Below are positions 1 to 12,308 of a DNA stretch of 64,000 nt, one piece after another (position 1 is the stretch's first letter; every line of letters begins with the position of its first letter). The notes beneath the pieces are model-generated. The model saw only the letters and a program-made list of their open reading frames with translations. It was not told the origin of the DNA and made no database searches. The stretch lies in the NCBI GenBank assembly GCA_964016885.1, contig OZ024741.1:125550001-125614000 (forward strand), written 5' to 3'. This DNA comes from Eledone cirrhosa. Taxonomy: Eukaryota. Both the position numbers and the translations under genes were made by a program.

Positions 1-1616
1 AACTGCTTCACAGTGGATAATAGCCCTTGCAATTGTTCATCATTTTTTGCGAATAGTTTCAGGTCATCCATGTAGAACAGGTGATTAATGGTTTTGTCAT
101 AGACTCTATATCCATGTTTTGTTTCATTGAGCATTTTACTTAATGGTATAAGTGCGATGCAGAATAAAAGCGGTGATAAAGAGTCACCCTGAAAAATTCC
201 ACAATTAATGTTAACTTCTCCAGCTTCCAGTGATTTTGTTTCACTATTCAAAAAGAGTGTCGTTCTCCATGTCCTCATACTGAATGACAAAAACCTCCTG
301 ACAACGGGGGATATTTTGAAAATCTCTAAACATTTTTCAATCCAACTGTGTGGCAAACTATCAAATGCTTTTTTATAATCTATCCAAGCAATCGATAGAT
401 TTTTGTGTCTATTATGACAATCTTCCAGTATCATTTTGTTAACCAGAAGCTGATCCTTACAGCCATATGAGCCTCGTTTACACCCTTCCTGCTCAATGGG
501 AAATAGGTCATTTGTTATCAGGTGGTCATATGTGTATTCAGTTAGGACTGATGTTAAAATTTTATACATTGTGGTCAAGCAGGTTATCGGTCTGTAATTT
601 TTGGGATTGTTTGTCTCATCATTCTTCGGTAGCAGGAATGTAATGCCGTTAACTAGCCATGATGGTATCTTTTCTGGCTCCTTAACTATTTCATTGTAAA
701 GTTGGGCTAACAGCTCATGAGACTCTGTGAAGGCATTTATCCAAAAGTTTTGTATTTTGTCTTTTCCTGGGGATTTCCATTTGCTGGTTTTTCTTAGAGC
801 CAAGCGCAGCTGTTCAACTGTTATATTTTCCCATGTTTGTTCTTCAAGGTGAGCTGTTTCTTTCATTTGTCTGTCTATCCATGGGGCATGTATGTTATGA
901 ACTTTTTCTTCGGCCCAGATCTTTTCCCAGAATTCTTGCACTTCCTCCTTGGGTGGTATTGATTTAGCAGTTATTGTTGACTTACCAATTTTTTTGTAGA
1001 AGTTTCTTTGGTTGTTTTTGAACATATTATTGTCCTTATAGAATCTAGATCGTTTTTCAAAGCGCCTTATACGAGCAGCTTTGGCCGACACTTTTTGCTT
1101 GATTGTTTCTATCAGCATGTCTATGTCACATGTTGATCTTATACTGTACTTTTTTTTCAATTTTCTAAGTTTAGTTTGTTTAACATGTTCACCTACTTTA
1201 TAGTTTGTTAAAATTTCTATGTCAGATCGGAGAAGGTTTATTTGGCGATTGATGTTATCTTGCCAAGTAGATTTCTTGTGGGAATTCCTTTGTTTTTTCA
1301 TCTTCACTCCACATAAGTGAGTGGTGACTTTAGCCGATGCATAATAGAGATGATTTAAGTCAGTAATGTTTATTTTGTTTGTGATGATAATGTTTTTGAG
1401 AATTATGTTAGTCTTGTGTATTATCTTTTGGTTCTGTTTGGAGTTCTGGATCTTAGGGAGGGTGTCTCGTTCCCCCATGTCAGATTCTTTCATTTTCATC
1501 CATTCGATCATAATTTCATCCTTCAAGTTGGCAAGTTCATTCTCATTCATTTCTTTATCATTTACGATCTCATTATTTTCATTTGGAGTTTCATCCTGAG
1601 CATGCACTCCCTCCAC

Positions 1617-1620
<4 letters not shown>
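1..1620 (-). mobile_element. R4/Dong-clade non-LTR retrotransposon, 5'-truncated, RT region runs off the window
   Basis: Minus-strand translation gives NYRPITCL, EQEGCKRGSYGCKDQLL, AWIDYKKAFDS, GIFQGDSLSPLLFC and HLFYMDDLKLFA, typical of R4/Dong RT. The 5' end abuts an (ATT)n tract. Confidence 0.85.

Positions 1621-1667
<47 letters not shown>
1621..1667. repeat. (ATT/TAA)n microsatellite at the Dong junction
   Basis: Perfect ATT run seen directly. Confidence 0.95.
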
Positions 1668-1668
<1 letters not shown>

Positions 1669-1762
1669 AACTATGTTAGCTTAATATATATATATAAACT
1701 ATATATATATATTATATATTATAAGATGCGAGAAATACCTCGAACCCTCCATCTCAATTCTA

Positions 1763-1798
1763 CTTTTGAAAAGCATAAAAACTGTGAAACTGCTAAAG
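1763..1798 (+). ncRNA. Minimal hammerhead ribozyme candidate (U3-A8 core) in a ~170 bp TA-flanked element (~1720-1893)
   Basis: ctt-TTGAAAA-gca[taaaaac]tgt-GAAA-ctgc-TA-aag. Stem I is ctt/aag and stem II is 3 bp. A paralog lies on the minus strand at 55480-55515. Confidence 0.45.
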
Positions 1799-1910
1799 GA
1801 AATAAATAAATATTCTTTAAACGACTCCAATTGCATTTTCGATTTCTTTTCCTTATACTTTCACTTGAGTAGGGCACCTCATTTTTTTTTCTTATATATA
1901 TATATATATA

Positions 1911-2070
1911 AACGAGGTTGGTGTTAGGAAGGGCATCCAGCCGTAGAAAACCTGCCAGACAGTCCTATACGAGTGAGACATGGTCACTCGACCAATCTTG
2001 CCTCAAGTACGACAATTCCCGTCTAAACCCATACTAGCGTGGAAGATAGCCGTTAAATGATGATGATGAT
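1911..2070 (+). mobile_element. Short 3' fragment of an RTE-type element or RTE-tailed SINE with (GAT)n tail, in (TA)n
   Basis: Contains the ggttggtgttaggaagggcatccagc module and a gatgatgat tail, with TA runs on both sides. Confidence 0.7.
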
Positions 2071-2084
2071 ATATATATATATAC

Positions 2085-2220
<136 letters not shown>

Positions 2221-2252
2221 GGGGGAGATGTTGAATGGTGATGATGATGATA

Positions 2253-2285
<33 letters not shown>

Positions 2286-2358
2286 TTGCTCTTCGGTTTT
2301 GATATATATTTTCCTTATCGAGCCCTTTTTGGATTTTAGTCTTCAATTTTATTATTAT

Positions 2359-2410
<52 letters not shown>

Positions 2411-2412
<2 letters not shown>

Positions 2413-2586
2413 TCATCATCATCATCATCAACGTTTAACGTCCGTGTTCCACGCTTGCATGGGTTTGGACGGGGGTAGTCCCACTTGAGGCAAGAGTGAT
2501 TGTCTTGCTCGCATAGGACTGTCTGGCAGGTTTTCTACAGTTGGATGCCCTTCCTAACACCAACCACATTTACAGTGTGGGTCGGG
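2411..2586 (-). mobile_element. RTE family A 3' UTR fragment
   Basis: Matches 56917-57095 and the reverse complement of 12720-12892; (CAT)n tail abuts (TA)n. Confidence 0.8.
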
Positions 2587-2809
2587 GGGAAATGTTGAAT
2601 GGTGATGATGATGATGATATATATACACACAAACATGGAAAGTGAGAGCGATGAAGGTCATTTTCAAAACTTCATTTGATACACCAATTGTTAACTTTTA
2701 CATAGCTACCATAACCAACACCACTGTTATATCAATCTACACATATACATAAATAAAGGTAGAGTGAGTGAGTGAGTGAGACTTCATTCTCCTTAACTTA
2801 GGTCAATCT

Positions 2810-3288
2810 ACAACCACTAGTACAACAGCAATAAACCACACCACTACCACAATAAACCCCACCACCACTACAACAGAAACAACAAATACCAACACTACCA
2901 CTACCACAACAACAAACCCCACCACACCACCATGGCAACCCATGACCACCACAATAAAGCCCCACCACTACCAACACCACCACAATAAAGCCCCACCACT
3001 ACCAACACCACAACAACAAACCCCACCACACCACAATGACAACCCACAACTACCACAATAACTCCCCAGCCCCCGCAGTTACCAACACCACAACAACAAA
3101 CACCATCAACACCACACTACAACAACAACAACCACCACAAAGCCTACCATTACCACAATCACAACTGCAACAGTCACCACCACCACCACCATCACCATCA
3201 CCATCACCACTACCACCACCACCACTACCACTATGACCACTACACCACCACCACCACTATGACCACTACCACCACTAACAACAACAAC
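2810..3288. repeat. ACC/ACA low-complexity region
   Basis: Degenerate triplet repeats with short internal duplications. Confidence 0.85.
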
Positions 3289-3396
3289 ATATTTCCTGTT
3301 ACATAACAGTTATAGAATATTTGATACTAGATTGTTATCAGTTATAGGTGACAATTGATACACTTTCAAATATCTCCTTTGTATTTTAGATTCTAC

Positions 3397-4040
3397 TACA
3401 GTCCAACAGCAAACCATAGTCCAACAGCAAACCATAGTCCACCAGCAAACCATAGTCCACCAGCAAACTATAGTCCACCAGCAAACTATAGTCCACCAGC
3501 AAACTATAGTCCACCAGCAAACTATAGTCCACCAGCAAACTATAGTCCACCAGCAAACTATAGTCCACCAGCAAACTATAGTCCACCAGCAAACCATAAT
3601 CCACCAGCAAACCATAATCCACCAGCAAACCGCAGTCTACCAGCAAACCGCAGTCTACCAGCAAACTATAGCCCACCAGCAAACCATAGTCCACCAGCAA
3701 ACCATAGTCCACCAGCAAACCATAGTCCACCAGCAAACTATAGTCCACCAGCAAACCATGGTCCACCAGCAAACTATAGTCCACCAGCAAACTATAGTCT
3801 ACCAGCAAACTATAGTCCACCAGCAAACTATAGTCCACCAGCAAACCATGGTCCAACAGCAAGCCATAGTCCACCAGCAAACTATAGTCCACCAGCAAAC
3901 TATAGTCTACCAGCAAACTATAGTCCACCAGCAAACTATAGTCTACCAGCAAACTATAGTCCACCAGCAAACCATAGTCCACCAGCAAACCGTATTCCAC
4001 CAGCAAACTATAGTCTACTAGCAAACCGTATTCCACCAGC
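3397..4040. repeat. 18-bp minisatellite (agtccaccagcaaactat), about 35 units
   Basis: Tandem units seen directly; explains the SPPANY, LLVDYS and IVHQQT repeat ORFs. Confidence 0.95.
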
Positions 4041-4412
4041 GCACGCAGCCGGTTTGGCTGTCTCAATGGCAAACTTGATTTCAAAATTTGGTTTGAATTA
4101 TTATATACTCATACATATAAATGTATGCATATGCACATACACACATGCACACATGCATACACATATACACATGTGCATCAGCGTGTTAGAAAAAATTCAA
4201 GTTAGATAAATAGCAGAAGCTGAAATGTAGCTGCAGTGGTTTCAACGATTAATGAAACAGCCTACTCGTAAAAATAACGTGTAAGTGGCTGAGCATTCCA
4301 CAGACACGTGTATTTTTAATGTAATTCTAATGGAAATTTGTATGACAAGGTGTGTGTGCGAGTGACATGCTGGCCCTTTAAATTACAGGTACAGTTCATT
4401 GTAAATTTATAG

Positions 4413-4480
4413 CATAAAAGCCCCTGGATGGAAAAAAGTTGACAATATTGTCAGCTTTTTTCCATCTAGGGGCTTTTATG
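4413..4480. repeat. 68-bp loopless palindrome (copy at 16951-17018)
   Basis: cataaaagcccctggatggaaaaaagttgacaat|attgtcagcttttttccatctaggggcttttatg, 2 mismatches. Confidence 0.9.
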
Positions 4481-4498
4481 TATGTGTATCTGTATATA

Positions 4499-4885
4499 TC
4501 ATCATCATCATTTTATGTCCGCTTTTCCCTGCTTGGAAGGGTGGGACGGGAACTGATTCTGGCTTGATTTCTACAGCTGGATGCCCTTCCTAACACCAAC
4601 CTCATTTACAGTGAGGGCTGGGTGCTTTTTTTCCGTGGCGCCTACACACCCACTTTACAGTGTGGGCTGGGTGCTTTTTTTTTTCCGTGGCACCTCCACG
4701 ACCACTTTGCAGTGGAATATTATGGACCTCAGTCCCTACCATCTCATTTCTACAGCTGAGTAAACTGGAGCAATGTGAAATAAAGTGTCTTGCTCAAGGA
4801 CACAACACATCACCCGGTCTGAGAATTGAACCCGCAACCTTTTGATTGCAAGGCAAATGCTCTAACCACTAAGCCATGTGCCTCC
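4499..4885 (-). mobile_element. tRNA-derived SINE with CORE-like body and RTE-derived tail (copies 17037-17422 and 53218-53535)
   Basis: A box tggcttagtgg, B box ggttcaattct, tgtgtccttgagcaagacact body; tail matches the RTE end at ~40117-40165. Confidence 0.85.
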
Positions 4886-4933
4886 ATATATATATGTGTG
4901 TGTGCTTTTTGTCGTGACTCTACAGAACGTTAA

Positions 4934-5037
<104 letters not shown>

Positions 5038-5148
5038 GCACGCATACATACATACATACATACATACATACATACATACATACATACATACATACATACA
5101 TACATACATACATACATACATACATACATACATACATACATACATACA

Positions 5149-5197
<49 letters not shown>

Positions 5198-5564
5198 TGC
5201 ACAAATGGAATCAGACAACCAGAAATGGTATTACATCGGAGCGACTGGGAATACATTTAAAGCCCGTTGGTATACACACCGTTACGCAATGAAACATTCC
5301 CAGCATCGTTATGTAACTACCCTTGCAAACAAGACCTGGCAACTGAGGGAAAGTAACCATCAATACACCCTGAAGTGGAAAAAATTATCCAACGCGCCCC
5401 CATATCGGAGTGGTATGAGAGGCTGTCGATTATGTGACCTTGAGCTGTTCCACATTTTGAGTTCGAAGAATAAGTTACTCAACAATAAAATCGAAAGATC
5501 AATTTATTGTAACCATAGACTCAAAGAAAAGTTTTCGCACTACAAGTGCAAATCGAACCCGTAA
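5198..5564 (+). pseudogene. GIY-YIG endonuclease C-terminal fragment of the Penelope-like element
   Basis: Frame is open to the stop at 5564; YIG motif, conserved Arg and Glu, and CxxC...CxH. The N-terminus is truncated at a TA run. Confidence 0.8.
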
Positions 5565-6128
5565 CCTCTTACTACCAACTGACAAACTACATATACTTAG
5601 ACTTTATACCCTTATTGTATCTAAACCCTTTTAATTACCCACAAAAACCAATACCTCTATCCCTCCCTTCTCCTTCATTCCTCTTCTATTTCTTCGTTTT
5701 CTTCCTTCCTTCCCTCCCCTTTTTGGGTATTTTTTTTTCTTCTTTCTCCCCCTTCTTTGCTTTTATTTTTGTCATTATCTTTATCTTTATTTTTTATATA
5801 TATATTTATCTCTTTATATCTCCCCCCTCTCTCTCTCTATCCATTCCTCCCACTATGATCAATTTAATTCTCTTTAACTCACTACATTCCATGACATGAA
5901 GTCTATGTATCAAAACTGATCAAGGAATCCTTCCACCTCTACCCCTCCCTCCAACTCAGTTTGTCACTCTACTTCCTAACTCTTCTCCCCCTTCCTCTCT
6001 CTCTATACTATTCCATTTGTCCCCTCACCTTCTAATTCCTCTTCCTCTCTCTCTATACTAGTAAATACAATTCCAAAAAAATGTGTTTCTCTATATATTA
6101 AGAACTATTTCAAGAGTAACTTACTCAC

Positions 6129-6229
6129 TATTTTGAAAATTTGGAGGTGAACAACAATTATAATTGAGTGGTTGCTATTTGAAGTTTAGCAATATAAGGT
6201 TGCACTTACCAATGAAACGGTCGTAAATA
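6129..6229 (+). ncRNA. Hammerhead ribozyme candidate (U3-A8 core) in the Penelope pseudo-LTR (copy 18697-18797)
   Basis: tatt-TTGAAAA-long stem II (ttgg/ccaa, aggtg/cactt, caac/gttg)-GAA-ACGGTCGT-A-aata. Stem I is tatt/aata; cleavage triplet GUA. Confidence 0.6.
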
Positions 6230-6407
6230 CCTGGATAAAATCCTTCTCTTAATGCTTACCTATGTTTTCTCTTTTATACTTTATACTCCAAGATTGAACG
6301 GAATTCTTACAAACTTGTGGAATTACCCCTAACCGTACGTTAAAACCATCCATGAAACTGGCTTTCTTAACCACGAACTGGATCACAATAAGCAATTTTC
6401 TGCTTCC

Positions 6408-6442
<35 letters not shown>

Positions 6443-6446
<4 letters not shown>

Positions 6447-6625
6447 GTATAATAAACAATACAATATAATTACCTCATTACCAGAGGTTTCCCGAATAAG
6501 GCGAATACGAAAGAAACGTCCTCATTCGTTCGTCGGACAAACCTGAGGACGTTTCTTTCGTATTCGTCTTATTCGGGAAACCTCTGGTAATGAGGTTATT
6601 ATATTGTATTGTTTATTATACATTA
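6443..6625. mobile_element. Fold-back element, ~82-bp arms and 19-nt loop, TA-flanked unit extending to ~6700 (copy 19009-19191)
   Basis: taatgtataata...cgtcctca is the reverse complement of tgaggacg...tattatacatta. Confidence 0.85.
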
Positions 6626-6726
6626 AATTTTGCTCTGGTACTTACATAGAGCACTCTTCACTCCTATGACTTTTTCAATTTTCAACGGAAACTTCAATAC
6701 ACATATATATATATATATATATATAT

Positions 6727-6763
<37 letters not shown>

Positions 6764-7229
6764 TGAAACTTTCTATTGTTGAGTTTCTTCATTGGTTTAT
6801 TTTAATATATTTTCGATAGCTAAGTAGAAATAAAAATGATGCAATCTCTGAGATATAGAACTGACTTAATTTGCCTTAATTTATTTTTAACAACTTGCAC
6901 CAAATGATTCATAATCAATATATAGATTCTGACTGAATGTAATGATTAATTATTCCTTTGTTATATCTGGCAAAACAGATTTGGTCTGAAACCAGGTGTT
7001 TTAAAGGTAAAACTGATAAGATGTGGACACTGAAATGCTCTATAAAAGACGTTAATATTTATAATATATAGTACTGTTGAACTATTAGACAAGTGAATGC
7101 AGTACAATAAATCAATAAATATATTCTTTTATTCTTTTACTGGTTTAAGTTATCAGGCTGCAACCATGCTGAGGCATTGCCTACTATATTTGGAATTTTA
7201 CTTTAACAGAATATATTCTCTCTAAAGTT

Positions 7230-7495
7230 TGTCTTGAGCCCAGAAGCTCTTCGGGCTGGTGCTTATCTTGGTTACTGTGGTGTAAAGCGACAGAGAGTAC
7301 AAGACTCCCCCTACTCCCGGACAGGATGCCAGTCCATCACAGGGCTAAACCCGCTGCTTTTGCTGCTACTCATTTTCAGCTGAGTATACTGGAGCAGCAT
7401 GAAATGAAGTATTTTGCTCAAAAACACAACACGCAACCTAGTCCAGGAGTCAAACCCACAACATTATGATTGTAAGTCCAACACCCTTCCCACTA
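7230..7495 (-). mobile_element. Diverged tRNA-derived CORE-type SINE
   Basis: B-box-like gggtttgactcct, a body resembling the 4499-4885 SINE, and a gatggactggcatcc motif. Confidence 0.6.
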
Positions 7496-7914
7496 AATTA
7501 CCATGAAATTAACCTGTAAGTGACTGAGCATTCCACAGACATGTTTACCCCTAATGTAATTCTCAGGGAAATTCAGCATGATGCAATATGGGACAAGGCT
7601 GATCTTTTGAGTTACAGGTACATTCCAAACTCTTTCCATTTACTCAATTTAATTAGCAAGGTCTGGATTTACTCAAGGTTATAGCAAAAGATAACTGCCC
7701 AAGAGGCTATGCAATGAGATTGAACCCAGGTCCTAATGATTGTGAAGTGAACTCCTTAACCATTTGACCATGTTGCATCCCCATGGTATGGTCATCGCGA
7801 TGACTGTACAGAAAGGAAAATATTTGATTTCCAAAGCATAGCATACCTATATTTAGATTGTGTTATTTAATGGTGTCTTTTTGCTTTTAATATACAGGGA
7901 ACATGGTGTGCCGC

Positions 7915-8005
<91 letters not shown>

Positions 8006-8055
8006 CACACACACATACATACATACATACATACATACATACATACATACATACA

Positions 8056-8090
<35 letters not shown>

Positions 8091-8093
8091 GAT

Positions 8094-8274
8094 AATAATT
8101 GTTTCTACTTTTGGCACAAGGCCAGCAATTACCCAGTGCATTACTGGTACTTTATTTTATCGACCCCGTAAGGATGAAAGGCAAAGTCAACCTCGGCGGG
8201 ATTTGAACTCAGATCGTAAAGGGACGTAACTATGCTGGAAAGCATGACGTCCGACCCTCTACCGATACTGCCAA
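8094..8274 (-). mobile_element. tRNA-derived SINE (Deu/Nin-like domain), present only in duplication copy 1
   Basis: B box gagttcaaatccc and gactttgcctttcatccttacggggtcgataaaataaagtacc; absent at the matching site ~20660. Confidence 0.85.
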
Positions 8275-8277
8275 ACG

Positions 8278-11200
8278 ACAATAATGAAATATTGTGAACA
8301 ATGCTCAGGTGCACTACAACTCATCAAAAAGTGTATGTATAATACATAGGGTAATGTACGAACGTCAGGAAAATGAACAGTGCATGAGTCATGATATACA
8401 CATGTGTGCATGTGTATGGAAGGGGTACATCAGGTGTAGTTTTGGCGTATTTCGGGAAGCATGAGGGTTTTAAAGGATGCAGTGTCTCAGCAGCTAACAA
8501 CTGACACAAGCAGTTTGTTCCATGCTTTAGCAACTCTGAGCGTGAAAAAATGTTTTCGAAAGTCATGGGAGCTGTGCTGTTTTCTGATTTTGTAGGCATG
8601 TCCACGTGTGTTAGACACATGGAGATCAAAATGGTGCTCAGGGTTGTTGTTGGCGAGATGGTTAATAACTTTGTGGGTGTTTACCAAGTCCATTGCCAGA
8701 CGTCGGAGCTTCAATGAATCCATGCCCAGGGAAGCAAGGCATTCAGAGTATGGTAGGTGTCTGATGGAGGGTATGCGCTTGGTTGCACGTCTCTGAACAG
8801 TTTCCAAGATCGAAATGTTCTGAGCAAGATAGGGGTTCCAGACTGATGATGCGAATTCCAAGTATGGTCGTACCATAGCTGTATACAGCTTTAAATAGAT
8901 GGCTGGTGAGCGGCTAACAAAGGTCTTGCTGAGTGATGCCAAGACACCCTCGGCCTTCTTGACAATCTTAGAGACATGCTTTGTCCAACACAAATCGATG
9001 CTGACAGTAATGCCCAGGTCACGTTCACAAGAAGACTTCTTGATATCAGTGTTGTGGAGGGAGTATGTGGACGCTGGATTTTTCCTCCCAAAATGCATGG
9101 TGGTACACTTGTCCACAGCCAGCTTTAGTTGCCCGTCTGTGATCCATTGCTGCATTGTGTCCAAGTCTGATTGTAGGAAAGAGTTGTAGATTTCAGGATC
9201 AGTCCTTTTTATTTCAAGGTACAGCTTGATGTCATCTGCATATTTCAGTACCGTGGCATTCTTTAAGTTGGCATCTATGTCATTAATATATGCCACAAAC
9301 AAAAGGGGACCAAGAACAGATTCCTGTGGTACACCAGATGACATCTCATATGGTGAAGAATGCTGTCCTAGAACCGTGACTACCTCTTTTCGGCTGAGAA
9401 TGAAGGATTTCAACCAGTTAAAAAGATCATTCCTCACACCCATTGCAGAGAGTTTTGCCATAAGTCTTTTGTGTGGCACAGAATTAAAAGCCTTAGCGAA
9501 GTCAAGATAAACAACATCCACCCATGAGCCACTGTCAGTGATCCGGGTAATGTCTTCAAGGAACTCGATAAGCTGATCACAGCAGCTGGAGTTAGGGATA
9601 AATCCAAACTGCAAGGGCCGGATGAGGTTGTGAGAGCTCCAGAAGTTCCAAAGTGTTTCTCTGACACAGGATTCCATCAGTTTGGCAATACAGCTAGTAA
9701 GACTGACTGGACGATAGTTGACAGGTGACGTGCGGTCACCCTTTTTGAACAGGGGAATGATACTGGTAGTTTTCCACTGCTCCAGAGTAGCACCATTGTT
9801 GAGACAGTATTGAAAGAAGAAAGAAAGCTGGTGCAAAAGGAAGTACCCGCCATGTTTGAGAAGCAGGTATGTAACACCATCAAGACCAGGGGAGGCATAG
9901 TTGCGCTTATTCTTAAGGTGACGTCGCAACATTGCAGGTGTAAATTCCATAGTTCTTATGGAATTTGATGTTAGAGATGGTGGAGATGGTACATTCTGGT
10001 TTTCAACAGGAAAAATGCTTGCATAGCACTCAGCAATGAGTTCTGCGCATTCTTTGGGATCGTCAGTGATCTGGCTTGTGTGGGGATTGCGAAGAGGACC
10101 AACTGGAGAGTGAGGTCTCTGCTTTGAATGAACATATTTCCAGAAGACCTTACTGTCAGGATTGGTTGCTATGCACTGTTCAAATTCAAGCACTGCCTTT
10201 TTTGTCACTAGCTTGAGATGGTTGGAAGATTTATTCCGCTTTTTTCTGTTGGCATCTGATTTATGCAGTTTATATTCCCGTTCAGCATTCCGACGTTCTT
10301 TCCTGGCAAGTTGGACAGCTGAAGTTTCCCAAATTGCACTTTTGGGGTGGGTTTTATTTTGCTTACGTGGCACCAATGCTGCACACGCTATCCATATTGA
10401 GTCCAGGATGCTCTAGAGTATAGTGTTCACATCTCCAGAGTTATAGAACTCATTCCAGTTTGGGCGCTGTAGCTCAGTACAGTACAAGTTCCAATCTGCT
10501 TTCTTCCAATCAAAGCAAGCAGATTGGAGATGGTTCTGGTTTTTGTTGCTGCCCTCAAGAGCCAGATTGGCAATGATCATAGCATGATCAGAGTCGCCTA
10601 GAGGTTCCTCAGTAGTACAACTGATAACCACTTCAGGAGTAGTGGTGAAGAGCAGGTCCAAAGTGTTGTCACTTCTTGTTGGAGAGGTGACTACTTGTGA
10701 CCAGTTTGAGTCCAGCACTAGCTCAAGGAAATCGTTTTCACTTTGTGGCCAACGAAAGGTTTCCCAATCGATCTCAGCATGATTGAAGTCACCTGCAATA
10801 AACACATAAGTGGCTGTTTTCCTGGCAGCAGCTCTGAGGATATCGCAAAGCTGTGTGTCCTAATGGTAGTTTGGGGAGTGATAAACAACACCAAGCAGAA
10901 GTGTTGACATGGTCATACGTATGTCACAAAAAAAACTTCTTCTTGTGATTCATTCAAATCAACGCAAGGAATTACCGAAAAGTTTGAACGAACGTAGACC
11001 ATCACACCACCACCACGGTGATTAATGCGGTCCTTGCGGAAAAGGTTGTACCCAGTAATGCTGAAAACCCCATCACAGAGTAAGGAATGTGCCCAGGTTT
11101 CCGTGACTGTGATGAAGTCAGGGTCGATGCTTCTGACGTAGGAGTTAAACAGATGTATCTTGTTGCATAAACTGCGAGCATTTAAGGACAACAATTTGTA

Positions 11201-11394
11201 CCCTGCTTGCAGTTTATGATGGTGTGTAGAGGATGGCAGGTTGTTCTGGTTTAGTTTCCCAGAGTTGTTGCAGTTTTTTCATTGCCAGTTATTGTGGGTA
11301 GAGCACACTCAGACCAGCTGGTATCTCTCTTCCACGTTTCACCAGCCTTAACAAACCTCCAGATCTGCCCATCATCACGCAGACTAAAACTTTC
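8278..11394 (-). mobile_element. CR1-clade LINE, 5'-truncated (copy ~20659-23780)
   Basis: APE (LNARSL, TETW, GDFN, SDH), RT (NYRPVSL, YLDFAKAF, YADD), CR1 C-terminus FFTLRVAKAWNKL, and an (ATT)n tail. Confidence 0.9.
8487..11194 (-). pseudogene. CR1 ORF2 (APE-RT), disrupted (copy 20873-23580)
   Basis: Split into ORFs 10913-11194, 10413-10805 and 8487-10376; QGS motif mutated to QES. Confidence 0.88.
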
Positions 11395-11396
11395 AT

Positions 11397-11567
<171 letters not shown>

Positions 11568-12308
11568 CACACATACCTATTCAGTAGAAATATCTTAGAG
11601 TGGTTGTCTATAAATCTTGATAATACTGAGCAAACATGCCAATCTAATCAAATACAAGCCTAATACCCTCATTAAAAAACAAATTGGCACAGTCATTAGA
11701 ACGTCAGATAGAATGCTTTGTATTTGTTTTGGCTCTCTACTCTCTGATTTAAAATCCTGCAGAGGTCAACTTTCCCTTTAATCCATTCAAGGTCGATAAA
11801 AAAAAAATATACCAGTAACATACTGGCATCAATTCTTTCTCTATATATTTTTCTCACTTCCATTTTCTCACTCTATCTTTCTCTGGAAGAAATTTGCAAT
11901 ATTCAGACCTGGAGAGGGGATGAGCTCTGCCAGATTAAAAAAATACCCTAGAAATGCTATATGTTAATACGGCACTCCTACGACTGACTCCCTCAGGAGT
12001 TACGGGACCATGCATGCAATGCCTACATTAATCTATTTTAATTACTAATTGAATTTTCTTTTCAATAATAATTATTTGTTACTTAACCATACAGTTATAA
12101 GAGATAAAGTGGACTACAAATATTGTGGTTTTCAAGGCTTTGCATGTGAATGAGCCTGAAACCACCCATGGTTCTACAATACAAAACTGTTAGTAACAAA
12201 GGGGTTTTAATTTATATTTTAAAAAACCTTCCCCTCATAATTGTATGTAAGAACCTTTGTTATGTTCCAAACACCAGCTTAATAATGAGAAAGTTAATTA
12301 TATTACTA

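Larger units (their letters stand above)
5198..6411 (+). mobile_element. Penelope-like element (Naiad-like), 3' fragment: GIY-YIG endonuclease plus pseudo-LTR (copy ~17767-18980)
   Basis: [14 protein letters not shown]...CRLC...LLNNK...CNH motif, then a ~850 bp non-coding tail containing an HHR motif; TA runs on both sides. Confidence 0.8.

Noticed and set aside
8487-10376. 629-aa ORF as an active or domesticated RT gene
   Set aside because: It is cut off from its endonuclease by stops and a frameshift, and QGS is mutated to QES. The identical second copy comes from the duplication, not from conservation.
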